A program made the translations under genes and the position numbers. Under the pieces are notes generated by a model. It was given only the letters and a program-made list of their open reading frames with translations. It did no database searches and was not told the DNA's origin. 32,000 nucleotides of DNA, taken from contig NZ_CP021983.2 of NCBI RefSeq assembly GCF_002075285.3, forward strand, positions 4,230,001-4,262,000. The letters run 5' to 3'. This DNA is from Halomicronema hongdechloris C2206 (lineage in GTDB: Bacteria > Cyanobacteriota > Cyanobacteriia > Phormidesmidales > Phormidesmidaceae). This document shows, piece by piece, positions 1 to 9,359 of this stretch; position 1 is the stretch's first letter; each line of letters begins with the position of its first letter.

Positions 1-1928
1 TTGAGGCCTTTAGCCAAGCAGGGGCTAACTATCCAGTGGATATCGCTTATTCAGGGGTATATCACTGGTGGTACACCATCGGTATGCGCACGGCTGGCGA
101 TTTGTACGGCGGGGCGCTATTCCTGATGATTATGGCGGCAGTCTTTCTGTTCGCTGGTTGGTTGCACTTGCAACCGCGATTTCGTCCTAGTTTGGCTTGG
201 TTTAAGAATGCCGAATCCCGGATGAACCACCATCTGGCTGGTTTGTTTGGGGTGAGTTCTTTGGCTTGGGCCGGGCATTTGATCCACGTGGCGATTCCCG
301 AGTCTCGGGGACAACACGTGGGCTGGGATAACTTCTTGTTCACTCCACCTCACCCGGCTGGGCTCACGCCCTTCTTCACCGGGAACTGGGGGGTGTATGC
401 CCAGAATCCAGATACGGCTAGCCATGTATTTGGCTCTAGCACCGGGGCTGGCTCGGCCATTTTGACCTTCCTAGGGGGCTTCCATCCCCAGACGGAGTCG
501 CTCTGGCTGACGGATATGGCCCACCACCATCTGGCCATCGCCGTGTTGTTCATCGTTGCCGGCCACATGTACCGAACTAACTTCGGCATTGGCCACAACA
601 TGAAGGAGATCATGAATGCCCACAATCCGCCCCAAGGCACTCCCTTTGGCGGCATGATTGGCGAAGGCCACAAGGGCATGTATGACACCTACAACAACTC
701 CTTGCACTTCCAGCTGGGCTGGCACTTAGCCTGCCTCGGGGTGATCACCTCTCTAGTGGCGCAGCATATGTATTCGCTGCCCCCCTATGCCTTTCTGGCT
801 AAGAGCTACACTACCCAGGCCGCTCTGTATACCCACCACCAGTACATCGCTGGCTTCATCATGGTGGGGGCCTTTGCCCACGGGGCTATCTTCTTGATCC
901 GCGACTACGATCCAGCTTCCAATAGCAATAATGTGCTGGATCGGGTGTTGCAGCATAAGGAAGCGATCATCTCCCACCTGAGCTGGGTGTCGCTGTTCCT
1001 GGGCTTCCACACCCTGGGGCTGTATGTGCACAACGACGTCATGGTGGCCTTCGGTACCCCTGAGAAGCAAATTCTGGTGGAGCCAGTGTTTGCCCAGTGG
1101 ATTCAGGCGGCCCATGGGAAGCTGCTCTATGGCTTTGACACCCTGCTGTCGAATCCTGGTAGCATCGCCAGCACCGCTTGGCCCAACTATGGCAATGTCT
1201 GGCTGTCAGGCTGGCTAGATGCCATCAACAGCGGTGATAATTCCCTGTTCCTGACCATCGGTCCGGGGGACTTCTTGGTGCACCATGCGATCGCATTGGG
1301 GCTGCACACCACCACCCTAATTTTGGTGAAGGGCGCCCTAGATGCTCGCGGCTCCAAGCTAATGCCGGACAAGAAAGACTTCGGCTACAGCTTCCCCTGT
1401 GACGGTCCGGGTCGGGGCGGCACCTGCGATATCTCGGCGTGGGATGCCTTCTACCTGGCGGTGTTCTGGATGTTGAACACCATTGGCTGGGTCACCTTCT
1501 ACTGGCACTGGAAACACCTGGCTATCTGGCAGGGCAACGTGGCCCAGTTCAATGAATCATCCACCTATCTGATGGGTTGGTTGCGGGATTACCTGTGGCT
1601 GAATTCCTCCCAGCTGATCAACGGCTACAACCCCTACGGCATGAATAACCTAGCGGTTTGGGCCTGGATGTTCTTGCTGGGGCACTTGGTCTGGGCCACC
1701 GGATTCATGTTCTTGATCTCCTGGCGAGGCTACTGGCAGGAGCTGATCGAGACCCTGGTGTGGGCCCATGAGCGCACGCCCCTGGCCAACCTAGTGCGCT
1801 GGAAGGATAAGCCCGTGGCCCTCTCCATCGTGCAGGCCCGCTTGGTGGGATTAGCTCACTTCTCGGTGGGCTATATCATCACCTATGCCGCCTTCCTAAT
1901 TGCGTCAACCTCCAGTCGATTCGGCTGA
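1..1928 (+). CDS. psaB: Photosystem I P700 chlorophyll a apoprotein A2 (PsaB), 5' end cut by the window edge
   Basis: The frame is open from nt 3 ([30 protein letters not shown]), so the GTG at 36 is internal. Contains the FX iron-sulfur loop [18 protein letters not shown] and the canonical C-terminus [31 protein letters not shown] at 1926-1928. Confidence 0.97.
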   Translation, partial: EAFSQAGANYPVDIAYSGVYHWWYTIGMRTAGDLYGGALFLMIMAAVFLFAGWLHLQPRFRPSLAWFKNAESRMNHHLAGLFGVSSLAWAGHLIHVAIPESRGQHVGWDNFLFTPPHPAGLTPFFTGNWGVYAQNPDTASHVFGSSTGAGSAILTFLGGFHPQTESLWLTDMAHHHLAIAVLFIVAGHMYRTNFGIGHNMKEIMNAHNPPQGTPFGGMIGEGHKGMYDTYNNSLHFQLGWHLACLGVITSLVAQHMYSLPPYAFLAKSYTTQAALYTHHQYIAGFIMVGAFAHGAIFLIRDYDPASNSNNVLDRVLQHKEAIISHLSWVSLFLGFHTLGLYVHNDVMVAFGTPEKQILVEPVFAQWIQAAHGKLLYGFDTLLSNPGSIASTAWPNYGNVWLSGWLDAINSGDNSLFLTIGPGDFLVHHAIALGLHTTTLILVKGALDARGSKLMPDKKDFGYSFPCDGPGRGGTCDISAWDAFYLAVFWMLNTIGWVTFYWHWKHLAIWQGNVAQFNESSTYLMGWLRDYLWLNSSQLINGYNPYGMNNLAVWAWMFLLGHLVWATGFMFLISWRGYWQELIETLVWAHERTPLANLVRWKDKPVALSIVQARLVGLAHFSVGYIITYAAFLIASTSSRFG

Positions 1929-1978
1929 CGGTTGCGTAGACGAGTTTGAGACGGGTAGGAGACTCTCCGTCTCTCTCG

Positions 1979-2018
1979 GGTCCTGGTTCATCGGGGTAGT
2001 TGAACCGGGACCTTTTTT
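1979..2018 (+). terminator. Rho-independent terminator after psaB
   Basis: 12-bp stem ggtcctggttca (1979-1990) / tgaaccgggacc (2001-2012) with one G-T wobble and a 10-nt loop, followed by TTTTTT (2013-2018). A second hairpin gagacgg/ccgtctc lies at 1948-1973. Confidence 0.65.
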
Positions 2019-2060
2019 CCTCTTCAGCCACTGTTATGCATCTTGGAGGTAAACAGTCCG

Positions 2061-2540
2061 ATGACGAATCAAGTGGTTAAACCCTATCTAGACGAGCCTG
2101 AATTGGGGCATCTATCCACCCCAATCAGTGACTCCGCCTTTGTTCGCAGCTTCATTGGTAACCTGCCAGCTTATCGCAAAGGCATGGCACCCATTACCCG
2201 AGGGCTAGAGATTGGGCTGGCCCATGGCTACTTCTTAGTCGGCCCAGAAATCATTGTCGGGGCCCTGCGGGACTACGCCCCCGCTCCCTACTTGGGCGGG
2301 TTGGTCACCGCCATTGCCATCGTGCTGCTAGGCACGACTGGTATGGGAGCCCATGGCTTAGTGTCATTAAAGCCAGTGGCAGAGAGCAGCCCCAAGACTG
2401 ATGCCCTCATGACCTCAGAGGGTTGGAGTGAGATGACGGCAGGCTTCTTCCTCGGGGGCATGAGCGGTGCCTTCATGGCCTATTTCCTGCTGTCCCACTT
2501 TAGTGAGATCGATGCCATTTTCCGAGGATTTGTCAATTAA
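2061..2540 (+). CDS. psaL: Photosystem I reaction centre subunit XI (PsaL)
   Basis: Contains VKPY..GHLSTPISDS..FIGNLPAYRKG..ITRGLEIGLAHGYFLVGP...TSEGWSEMTAGFF, typical PsaL. I prefer the ATG at 2061, preceded by GGAGG at 2045-2049, over the TTG at 2043 in the ORF track. Confidence 0.9.
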   Translation: MTNQVVKPYLDEPELGHLSTPISDSAFVRSFIGNLPAYRKGMAPITRGLEIGLAHGYFLVGPEIIVGALRDYAPAPYLGGLVTAIAIVLLGTTGMGAHGLVSLKPVAESSPKTDALMTSEGWSEMTAGFFLGGMSGAFMAYFLLSHFSEIDAIFRGFVN

Positions 2541-2606
2541 TTCGGGGCAATCCTTGGCTAACCGTAGACGCGGTTTGTCTAATACTGTGTTTAAGGAGAA
2601 GAGACT

Positions 2607-2723
2607 ATGGACGGAACCTATGCAGCGTCTTGGCTACCCTGGCTATTGATTCCGGTAGTCACATGGTTGATGCCGGCGGTGGTCATGGGGCTGCTGTTCT
2701 TCTACATCGAGAGTGATGCCTAG
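2607..2723 (+). CDS. psaI: Photosystem I reaction centre subunit VIII (PsaI), 38 aa, absent from the ORF track
   Basis: ATG 2607 preceded by AAGGAG (2593-2598). Translation [38 protein letters not shown] matches the PsaI single-helix pattern (..YAAS.LPW..IP.V.WL.P.VVMGLLF.YIE). TAG at 2721-2723. Confidence 0.85.
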   Translation: MDGTYAASWLPWLLIPVVTWLMPAVVMGLLFFYIESDA

Positions 2724-2774
2724 TGCAGCCAAGCCGCAGCACTAGACGCTGATCATCACTATCGATGACTAATG

Positions 2775-2797
2775 GCGGGAGGCTGATAGCCTCCCGC
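2775..2797. terminator. GC-rich hairpin between convergent psaI and ffh
   Basis: gcgggaggc-tgata-gcctcccgc: 9-bp perfect stem, 5-nt loop. Only a weak T tract follows on the + strand and none on the - strand. Confidence 0.45.
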
Positions 2798-2846
2798 TTG
2801 AGCATTTATGGCGCTGGCTAGTCAGCACAAAGCATTGTGGCAGCGG

Positions 2847-4313
2847 CTATAGCTGGCCAAAGCCCTTCTTCTTTTTGGCTTTTTTCTTCTTCTTGCCGCC
2901 ACTGTAGCCCCGAAAGCCTGGGGGTGGGCCGCCCATACCGGGTAATCCACCGCCACCCATACCCGGCATGCCGCCACCCATACCCGGCATGCCACCGCCC
3001 ATGCCCGGCATGCCGCCGCCAGAACCCATCTGTTGCATAAGCGATCGCATCTTTTGAAAATCGCTGACCAGTTTGCCCACATCCTTATCGCCATACCCAG
3101 ATCCCTTGGCAATGCGACGGCGGCGACTGGGAGATCCAGAGAGTAACTTGGGATTCTTCCGCTCCTGACGGGTCATGGAGTTAATCATGGCCTCCACCCG
3201 CTTCAGCTGGGTTTCGCCCTGTTCTAGCTGTTCGCTAGAGAGCTTGCCCATACCGGGAATCATCTTCATGATGCCGCCCAAGGAGCCCATGCGCTTCATC
3301 AGCCGCATCTGCTTCAGAAAATCATCGAAGTCGAATTCGGCTTCCATGATCTTCTTCTGCATCTTCTCGGCATCGGCGATATCGATCTCCTCTTGGGCCT
3401 TTTCCACCAAGGTGAGGACATCCCCCATGCCCAGGATGCGCGAGGCCATGCGGTCAGGATAGAAGGGCTGCAGGGCTTCGACTTTTTCGCCGACCCCGAC
3501 AAATTTGATCGGCTGCCCCGAGATCTGCCGTACCGAGAGGGCCGCCCCGCCGCGGGAATCTCCATCCAACTTAGTCAAAACGGCCCCGGTAATGCCGATT
3601 TCGTCGTGGAAGGTGCGGGTCAGGTTGGCGGCTTCCTGACCGGTCATGGCATCGACCACCAGCAGCACTTCGTGGGGCTGAATCGCCTGCTTGATGTCGG
3701 CCAGCTCCGCCATCATCTTGGGATCGATCTGCAGGCGGCCGGCGGTATCGACAATCACCGTATCGATGCCGTCCGTCTTGGCCTGCGCTACCCCTTGGCG
3801 GGCAATGTCCACGGGGTTAGCCTCGGTGCCCAACTCGAAGACAGGGACATCGATTTGCCTGCCCAGAGTGACCAGCTGATCCACAGCAGCGGGACGGTAG
3901 ACGTCGGTGGCTACCAGCATGGTCGTCCGGTTTTGCTTGCGCAGATGTAGGGCTAACTTAGCAGTGGCAGTGGTTTTACCGGTTCCCTGCAGACCGGCCA
4001 TGAGGACAATGGTGGGAGGCGTGCCGGCCTGGGCCAAGGGAGCATTGGTCTCCCCCATCACCCGCACCAGCTCGTCGTTGACGATCTTGATGAATTGCTG
4101 ATCGGGCGTGACCCCGGCGATTACCTGGGCTCCCAGGGCTTGCTCTCGCACCTGCGCTACGAAGGTCTTCACCACCTCTAGGTTGACGTCGGCTTCCAGG
4201 AGCGCTCGCCGTACTTCTCGCAGGGCACTTTGTACATTAGATTCAGAAATCTTGTCCTGGCCCCGCAGGGATTTCCAGGCAGACTCTAGGCGTTCTGAAA
4301 GGGCGTCGAACAT
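2847..4313 (-). CDS. ffh: Signal recognition particle protein Ffh (SRP54)
   Basis: MFDALSERL..., GTPase P-loop GLQGTGKTTT, DTAGR, TKLDGD, a Met-rich M domain, then a Gly/Met/Pro repeat and a poly-Lys tail. Confidence 0.97.
   Translation of the reverse strand: MFDALSERLESAWKSLRGQDKISESNVQSALREVRRALLEADVNLEVVKTFVAQVREQALGAQVIAGVTPDQQFIKIVNDELVRVMGETNAPLAQAGTPPTIVLMAGLQGTGKTTATAKLALHLRKQNRTTMLVATDVYRPAAVDQLVTLGRQIDVPVFELGTEANPVDIARQGVAQAKTDGIDTVIVDTAGRLQIDPKMMAELADIKQAIQPHEVLLVVDAMTGQEAANLTRTFHDEIGITGAVLTKLDGDSRGGAALSVRQISGQPIKFVGVGEKVEALQPFYPDRMASRILGMGDVLTLVEKAQEEIDIADAEKMQKKIMEAEFDFDDFLKQMRLMKRMGSLGGIMKMIPGMGKLSSEQLEQGETQLKRVEAMINSMTRQERKNPKLLSGSPSRRRRIAKGSGYGDKDVGKLVSDFQKMRSLMQQMGSGGGMPGMGGGMPGMGGGMPGMGGGGLPGMGGPPPGFRGYSGGKKKKKAKKKKGFGQL
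2953..3015 (-). repeat. 3 x 21-bp in-frame tandem repeat in the ffh 3' end
   Basis: ccacccatacccggcatgccg / ccacccatacccggcatgcca / ccgcccatgcccggcatgccg, encoding (GMPGMGG)x3. Confidence 0.9.
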
Positions 4314-4727
4314 AGTAGGTTACAGTGAGCGGCAGGGATCCCAACGATCAATCGGGGTGAAGAATCCCCTGACATTGAGTATCGTAAGGTCAAATATCTC
4401 ATTTTAAACCGTGTCTAAGTTTAGACCTAGCGCTGTGGGCCAAGACTCTGGGCTAGAGCCGTCGTCCTTCCAGCGGATCAATGACCTGATGACGCGGTTA
4501 TTTCCAGCAGACGGCAGCCTCATCCTCAGTGCCGAAATATTTCTGGGCTTAGATCAGCCAGAGCGAGACATCTATGCCTTTCCCATGCGATCCCTGCAAG
4601 CCTCCCTATTGTTCCGGGCCAGCCAGTAGGGAACAGTCTCAATATCCCAGATTTGGCCCTGGAGTGCCCTAATGCTTGCGAGCAGCAGCTATACGAACGG
4701 GGGTTGCGATCATCGCACTTAAGCGAA

Positions 4728-5402
4728 CTATTGAATATCCTCTGGGTCAACTCCCAACTCTCGCAACTTAGCCGCGAGTTTTTCGTTGTGCTCCTCCGGG
4801 GTAGGCACCAAGTCTCCCTCGGGTGTGAAGAATCGCAGCTGCCCTTGATGACTGCCCAGGTAGAGTCCCAGCTGCTGACTCCAACGCCAACCCTGTTCAG
4901 TAGGGATAATGGGCTGATAGGTACCATCCACCAGGTGAAAGCCTTCAAACTCCAAGCTGTAAGGATCGAACCAGAAATAATCGAGGGTACGAAAGATGTC
5001 TTGGTAAATCTGCTTTTTCAGGCCGCGGTCCGTCTTAGCCGTCGACTCCGACAGCAACTCCACAATCACGTTCGGGTATTTACCATCTTCTTCCCACACC
5101 ACCCAGCTTTTGCGCGGTTTGCGCTCGGTGTCCAGTACCACGAAGAAGTCCGGGCCTCGGAAATCTTCTGACTTCCGCTGGTGTGGACTGTAGTAAATGG
5201 TGAGATTACCGAAGGCATAGAAGTCTTGGCGATCGCTCCAGAGCCGTTCCAAACTTTGGATCAACAGCAAAATCTGGCGCAGATGCAGTTCAGTTTCCAC
5301 GGGGGGTTCATCGCTGTAGAGGTCTCCAGGCGGAAAGCGTATCGCGTTCGATGATGCCTGCTCTGGTTGGGCCTGAAGGGATTCGGTAGTAGGCACAGAC
5401 AT
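4728..5402 (-). CDS. Uma2 (DUF820) family putative endonuclease
   Basis: 224 aa with the family-typical ..NLTIYY......PDFFVVLD.....SWVVWEE.GK.PNVIVELLSEST...D...K...Y......YFWFDP core, abundant in cyanobacteria. Confidence 0.8.
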   Translation of the reverse strand: MSVPTTESLQAQPEQASSNAIRFPPGDLYSDEPPVETELHLRQILLLIQSLERLWSDRQDFYAFGNLTIYYSPHQRKSEDFRGPDFFVVLDTERKPRKSWVVWEEDGKYPNVIVELLSESTAKTDRGLKKQIYQDIFRTLDYFWFDPYSLEFEGFHLVDGTYQPIIPTEQGWRWSQQLGLYLGSHQGQLRFFTPEGDLVPTPEEHNEKLAAKLRELGVDPEDIQ

Positions 5403-5429
5403 AAGCGAAAACCGTCATAGCAGTTACGC

Positions 5430-5510
5430 TCAGTGTAGCAAGGGCAGACCTGGGCACAGCCCGCTACCCATCAGGATAAAGGGAGCCCAGTCGTAGGGGG
5501 GGTCATAATC
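5430..5510 (-). pseudogene. 3' relic of a further CHAT-protease gene
   Basis: The minus strand reads DYDPPYDWAPFILMGSGLCPGLPLLH*, matching the invariant C-terminal tail HPY(Y/H)WAPFILIGNGL of both CHAT genes. Homology stops where repeat family B begins at 5514. Confidence 0.5.
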
Positions 5511-5513
5511 TAC

Positions 5514-5580
5514 GCGGTCCCCATAGAGTTTTAGGCGGGACGCAACCATTTTTTCCTGGTCCTTCTCTATGGCTGAGCCA
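5514..5580. repeat. Dispersed repeat family B, copy 1
   Basis: gcggtccccatagagttttaggcgggacgcaaccattttttcctggtccttctctatggctgagcca. Internal 8-bp inverted repeat ccatagag/ctctatgg. Related copies at 10393-10467 and 17594-17760. Confidence 0.75.
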
Positions 5581-5761
5581 GCCCCAGGCAATCTGGCTTG
5601 GCCCGTCTGTCCGCTACCGTCTTATCTCAGTTCTCAATTTTGAGGGGTGAGTTTTGAATGCAGGAACGCTCTGGCACTGAACGATTCAGCCTGATCATGC
5701 GTCGTTCAATAAGAGGGAAATGGATATTACGTCTGCCGTTCTGCACGAGTCAACGCTATCC

Positions 5762-8408
5762 TTACAAGCCATTGCCAATGAGGATAAACGGGGCCCAGTA
5801 GTAAGGATGGGCCAGGCTGTCGCCGATGGGCTGGCCGGTGACGGTGCTGACGACCTCGATGGTGCCACGCTCGCCGCCGACCAGACTCAGGTCATCGGCA
5901 ATCAGGGCCTGTTGCGCCCGCTGTAGCGCCTCTGCCTTGGAGTAGCCATTTTGCAAGGCCAGATAAAAGGCATCCATCAGCGCCTGGGTGCCGCCGTCAC
6001 TCACCTGCCACAGCGAGGCGATGGCGGCATCGGCCCCAGCTTGCTGCATCAGGTAACCAAAGCCCAGAATCTCTTCCCCGTTCCCCAAGGGCGCATCACC
6101 CACTGCCGTTTCACAGGCGCTCAGCACAATCAACTCCACATTGGGAAAGCTCCACTGCTGTTTGACGTCGGTCAACGTAGCTCTGCTACCATCGCCAAAC
6201 AAAATAAACGAGTCCTCTGGCGGCCCTGGATTGAACGCTGCATGGGTCGCGAGGTGAATGATGCTGTAGTCATCCATGTCGTACAAGATGCTGAGATTAA
6301 AGGCCTGATTCAGGCGCTTCACCGTTTGCGGAATCAACTGAGCCAGGGTGTCCACCTCAGGCCCGGCAAAGTCTAGTCCAGTGAAGGAGAGGGTGCGAGC
6401 ATCGCTGATTTCAACCTCATAGGCTCCCTCAGTAAAGGCGGCGGCTAGCACACTGGGGGTGTCAGCGGTGGGGGGATTGTCTAAGTCGCTGACGCTGGCC
6501 GCCGTAATGTTGTTGACCTGAAAGCGTTCGACCAGCCACTGGTTGCCGTCATGGAGAGCGGCTAGGGGGATGTAGCGCAGTTGCCCGTCCGGCGCATAAA
6601 TCAGAGTTGTGGCCTCAGCTTGAGCGAGATCGTTTTCTAGGGGGCGAATCAGCCAGTCGTAGAGCTGCTGGGCCGGGGTTATCGCCTCCGAGAAGGGAGT
6701 TTCCAGGGCTGAGCGCAGGTCGGCGATCGCCTGATTCAGGTCGGTGCGCGATACGGAAACCGTGCGCCGAATCGGTTCTTGATTGGCCGTGACCAGCACC
6801 AGTTCCAGGCGGTCTTCTAGCACCAGCGGATAGAGCACCACCGCGTTTTGCTCTAGATTCCGTAAATTGTCGCGCAGGTCCGTCAGCTGGCTAAGCGCTA
6901 GCGCTTCGCCCCCTGTGGTTCGTTGCAAATTGCTGACGAGTGCTCGCACCACCTCGCTCTCTAGAAAGCGAGCAAACTCTTGCCGCACGGCGGACTCTAG
7001 CTGTCGCAGCTCGATCAGGCGCTGCTGCTGCTCTGGCGTGCGCTCACTCGGGGGAATCTGAGCCAACTCAGCCCGCTCCTGCCCCAGTTCTATCAGCCGT
7101 GCCTGACTGGCCTGATACAGCTCAATTAAATCTTGCTCAGTTGGCCGCAGCGGCACTCCCGCTTCAGTGCTCTCAGTGCTGCGCACCCCCCGCAAATACT
7201 CATCCAGCTCCTGCACCTTCAGCAAATCCAGCACCCGCTGCGCCTCCAGGATGCGGTCTTGTTGCAGCAGCATATCCGCCAGTTTGCGATAGCTGCCGGC
7301 AATGCTGTCGGTAAAGGCTTGTTGGTCCTCAACGGATAACCCCACAATGTCCCCCCGCATCGCTTCCCACTGGTTCACCGATTGCTTCAGAAACACGATG
7401 GCTAACTCTGGCTCTTCTAGATTTTCCAGCACATAGCCGAGGTTGTTGAGGCTGATGGCTCTGCCCTTGCGATCGCCAATCTCCTGACGGATGGCCAGGG
7501 CGTCCTGGTAATAGCCCAGGGCCTGCTCATATTGGCCCAGGTTGTCATACACTCCCCCAATGTTGTTGAGGGTTTGGCCAACGCCTTGGCGATCGCCAAT
7601 CTCCTGGCGAATGGCGAGGGCGTCCTGGTAATAGCCCAGGGCCTGCTCATATTGGCCCAGATTGTGGTACACCGCCCCAATGTTGTTGAGGGTGACCCCT
7701 TCCCCGGCGCGATCGCCAATCTCCTGGCTGATGGCTAGGGCGTCCTGGAAGTAGCCCAGGGCCTGCTCATATTGCCCCAGGTTGTCATACACCGCCCCAA
7801 TGTTGTTGAGGGTGACCCCTTCCCCGGCGCGATCGCCAATCTCCTGGCGGATGACCAGGGCGTCCTGGTAGTAGCCCAGGGCCTGCTCATATTGGCCCAG
7901 GTTGTCATACACCGCCCCAACGTTGTTGAGGGTGACCCTTCCCCCCGGCGATCCTGAATTGTCTGCTGAATCTCCAATGCCGCTTCGTAATACTCCAGAG
8001 CTTGGGGATATTGCCCCAAGTCATCTGAGATTGCTCCCAGCCCAGTCAAGGTCTTCGCTTCGCCTTGGCGACTCTCTTCAGGAAAGGCGGCTCGCACGTC
8101 AGGGGCCTGGTAAAGGGCCAGGGCTTGTTGTAGCCGCTCCCAGGCTGCCTGATAATCACTGATGCGCGCCAAAATTCCAGAGACTCATCGAACAGGGCAT
8201 CGGCTCTTGCTTTGGCGGTCGGCAGCGCTTTCACCTTGGGCCAAGCGGTCGGCGGGTGTGAACCGAAAGCCGTTCTCGATGCTCTTTGGCTGTCCGGGGT
8301 TCTCCCGAGGGTAGCCACCATCACGGCGGTGAGGGCAAGCAATCCGAATAGCTGGCTGGGTAACGCAATGGGGGCTGGGCTCCAGTGTTTGGGGGTTGAC
8401 ATCAGCAT
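5762..8408 (-). pseudogene. Signal-peptide TPR-CHAT protease, broken into three frames as given
   Basis: Three ORFs concatenate into one protein. ORF 8046-8408 gives the leader with hydrophobic core LFGLLALTAVMVATL. ORF 7735-8172 gives the first TPR units. ORF 5762-7912 gives the remaining TPR units plus the CHAT domain (His in IHLATHAAF, Cys in VLSACETA). Frame breaks lie near 8171-8176 and 7936-7938. Confidence 0.75.
7441..7980 (-). repeat. About 4.5 near-identical 120-bp tandem repeats (40-aa TPR units)
   Basis: Units start at 7501, 7621, 7741 and 7861 with only a few substitutions each. Each encodes GDRxGEGVTLNNIGAVYxNLGQYEQALGYYQDALAIRQEI and carries a HIP1 site. Confidence 0.92.
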
Positions 8409-8438
8409 ATATGTCTCAGCCGCAAGGACTTATTCAGG
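8392..8438 (-). repeat. Conserved CHAT 5' element, copy 1
   Basis: ggggttgacatcagcatatatgtctcagccgcaaggacttattcagg is 43/47 identical to 15725-15771. Here it overlaps the annotated ATG at 8406-8408. Confidence 0.85.
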
Positions 8439-8492
8439 TTGATAGAATCTTTCATTGGCGAACTCCGAGACAACCATCATGCCGGCAGCGCC

Positions 8493-8641
8493 CTCTGCCC
8501 TGGATTCCGGGTCGCGCTGCGCTTGCCCGGAAATGACGGAAGTCTTTATCGTGATGAATGTTTGAGGCCTGAAGACAACGTACTCCCGTCATTCCCGCGC
8601 CTCGCGGAGCGTGCCCGGAGGGCGTGGCGGGAATCCAGGGG
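8493..8641. repeat. Repeat family A: two inverted hairpin units (MITE/REP-like)
   Basis: Left unit ctctgccctggattccggg...cccggaaatgacgg (8493-8539). Right unit in opposite orientation cccgtcattcccgcg...gcgggaatccagggg (8585-8641). Each unit is itself palindromic. Confidence 0.7.
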
Positions 8642-8847
8642 AATCAAATCTCGGCGACGGCTCCGAGGCGCTCTGCGTAGGGTGGCAAGTTCATTGCCGC
8701 TGCTCTCAGCAATGGTCAAGGCTCTTGGCTGGCCCACCAATCTTTCGCAAAGGTGGGCATTGAGTAGATGGAATGACGAGTATCATTAGGCCTTAGAAAA
8801 GGCAAATGCCCACACTACGAATACCCCTACTTGTTCGGCCAGGGATT

Positions 8848-8879
8848 GGTAACGCTCGCTAAGGCCACCGCTGAATTGG
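8848..8879. repeat. Repeat family C, copy 1
   Basis: ggtaacgctcgctaaggccaccgctgaattgg, near-identical to 9987-10017. Confidence 0.7.
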
Positions 8880-8995
8880 GGTGGCTCCCAGATGCGATCG
8901 CATGGTTGTCGGCTAGCATTTAGATCAAGACGGATATTCAAGCTGCCACCCCTTTGGGGGCTTACCACAGGACAGCGCTAATTCTGGGAACTTCG

Positions 8996-9359
8996 ATGGC
9001 GTTACCCTCTACCGACTCAACCACAGACACCATCGCCATCATGCTGGATCGGGAGGGTGGAGCACTTTCATGCCTGTCCAGGGTGACCATTTGGCTCCCC
9101 AGGCGCCGGAGGAAGCTGCGTCCAACCAGTGATATCGATTTACTGATATGTGGTGGAACATCTCAACGATCAGCGCAAGATCGACTTGATCACCTGTATC
9201 CGGGATACCTTGGATGACCTCATGGTGGCTAAAGATATTGTGGTGGCGACCCGCCAAGAAATAGCTGACTATCGCGACACGATTGGCCACGTGATTCATA
9301 CCGTCTTGAAGGAAGGCAAAGTCTTGTATGACAGCCGGCGCGATCGCCCAGGAAACTAA
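8996..9359 (+). pseudogene. MNT-type nucleotidyltransferase (partner of the HEPN gene), frame-disrupted
   Basis: RPTSDIDLLI (9122-9148) is in one frame. The continuation VVEHLNDQRKIDLITCIRDTLDDL...VLKEGKVLYD starts one nt out of frame at 9150. A FGS motif (9090-9098) sits in yet another frame relative to the DxD. Confidence 0.6.

Noticed and set aside
1-2723. Calling psaB-psaL-psaI a far-red-light (FaRLiP) paralogue set
   Set aside because: psaF2 and psaJ2 do not follow, no other FaRLiP genes are in the window, and the PsaB sequence closely tracks canonical PsaB. The evidence is insufficient, so it is kept only as a low-interest synteny note.
3393-3950. 185-aa ORF (and neighbours 3175-3462, 3691-3879, 3907-4101) on the + strand
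   Set aside because: These are antisense shadows of ffh, whose identity is unambiguous.
4411-4629. 72-aa + strand ORF between ffh and the Uma2 gene
   Set aside because: It has a GTG start without a recognisable ribosome-binding site and no motif I recognise, and it lies in the ffh promoter region. It cannot be supported from sequence alone.
8439-8789. 116-aa + strand ORF
   Set aside because: It spans the family A inverted-repeat pair. It is Arg-rich and is mirrored by an ORF on the opposite strand (8546-8740). It is a repeat read-through, not a gene.
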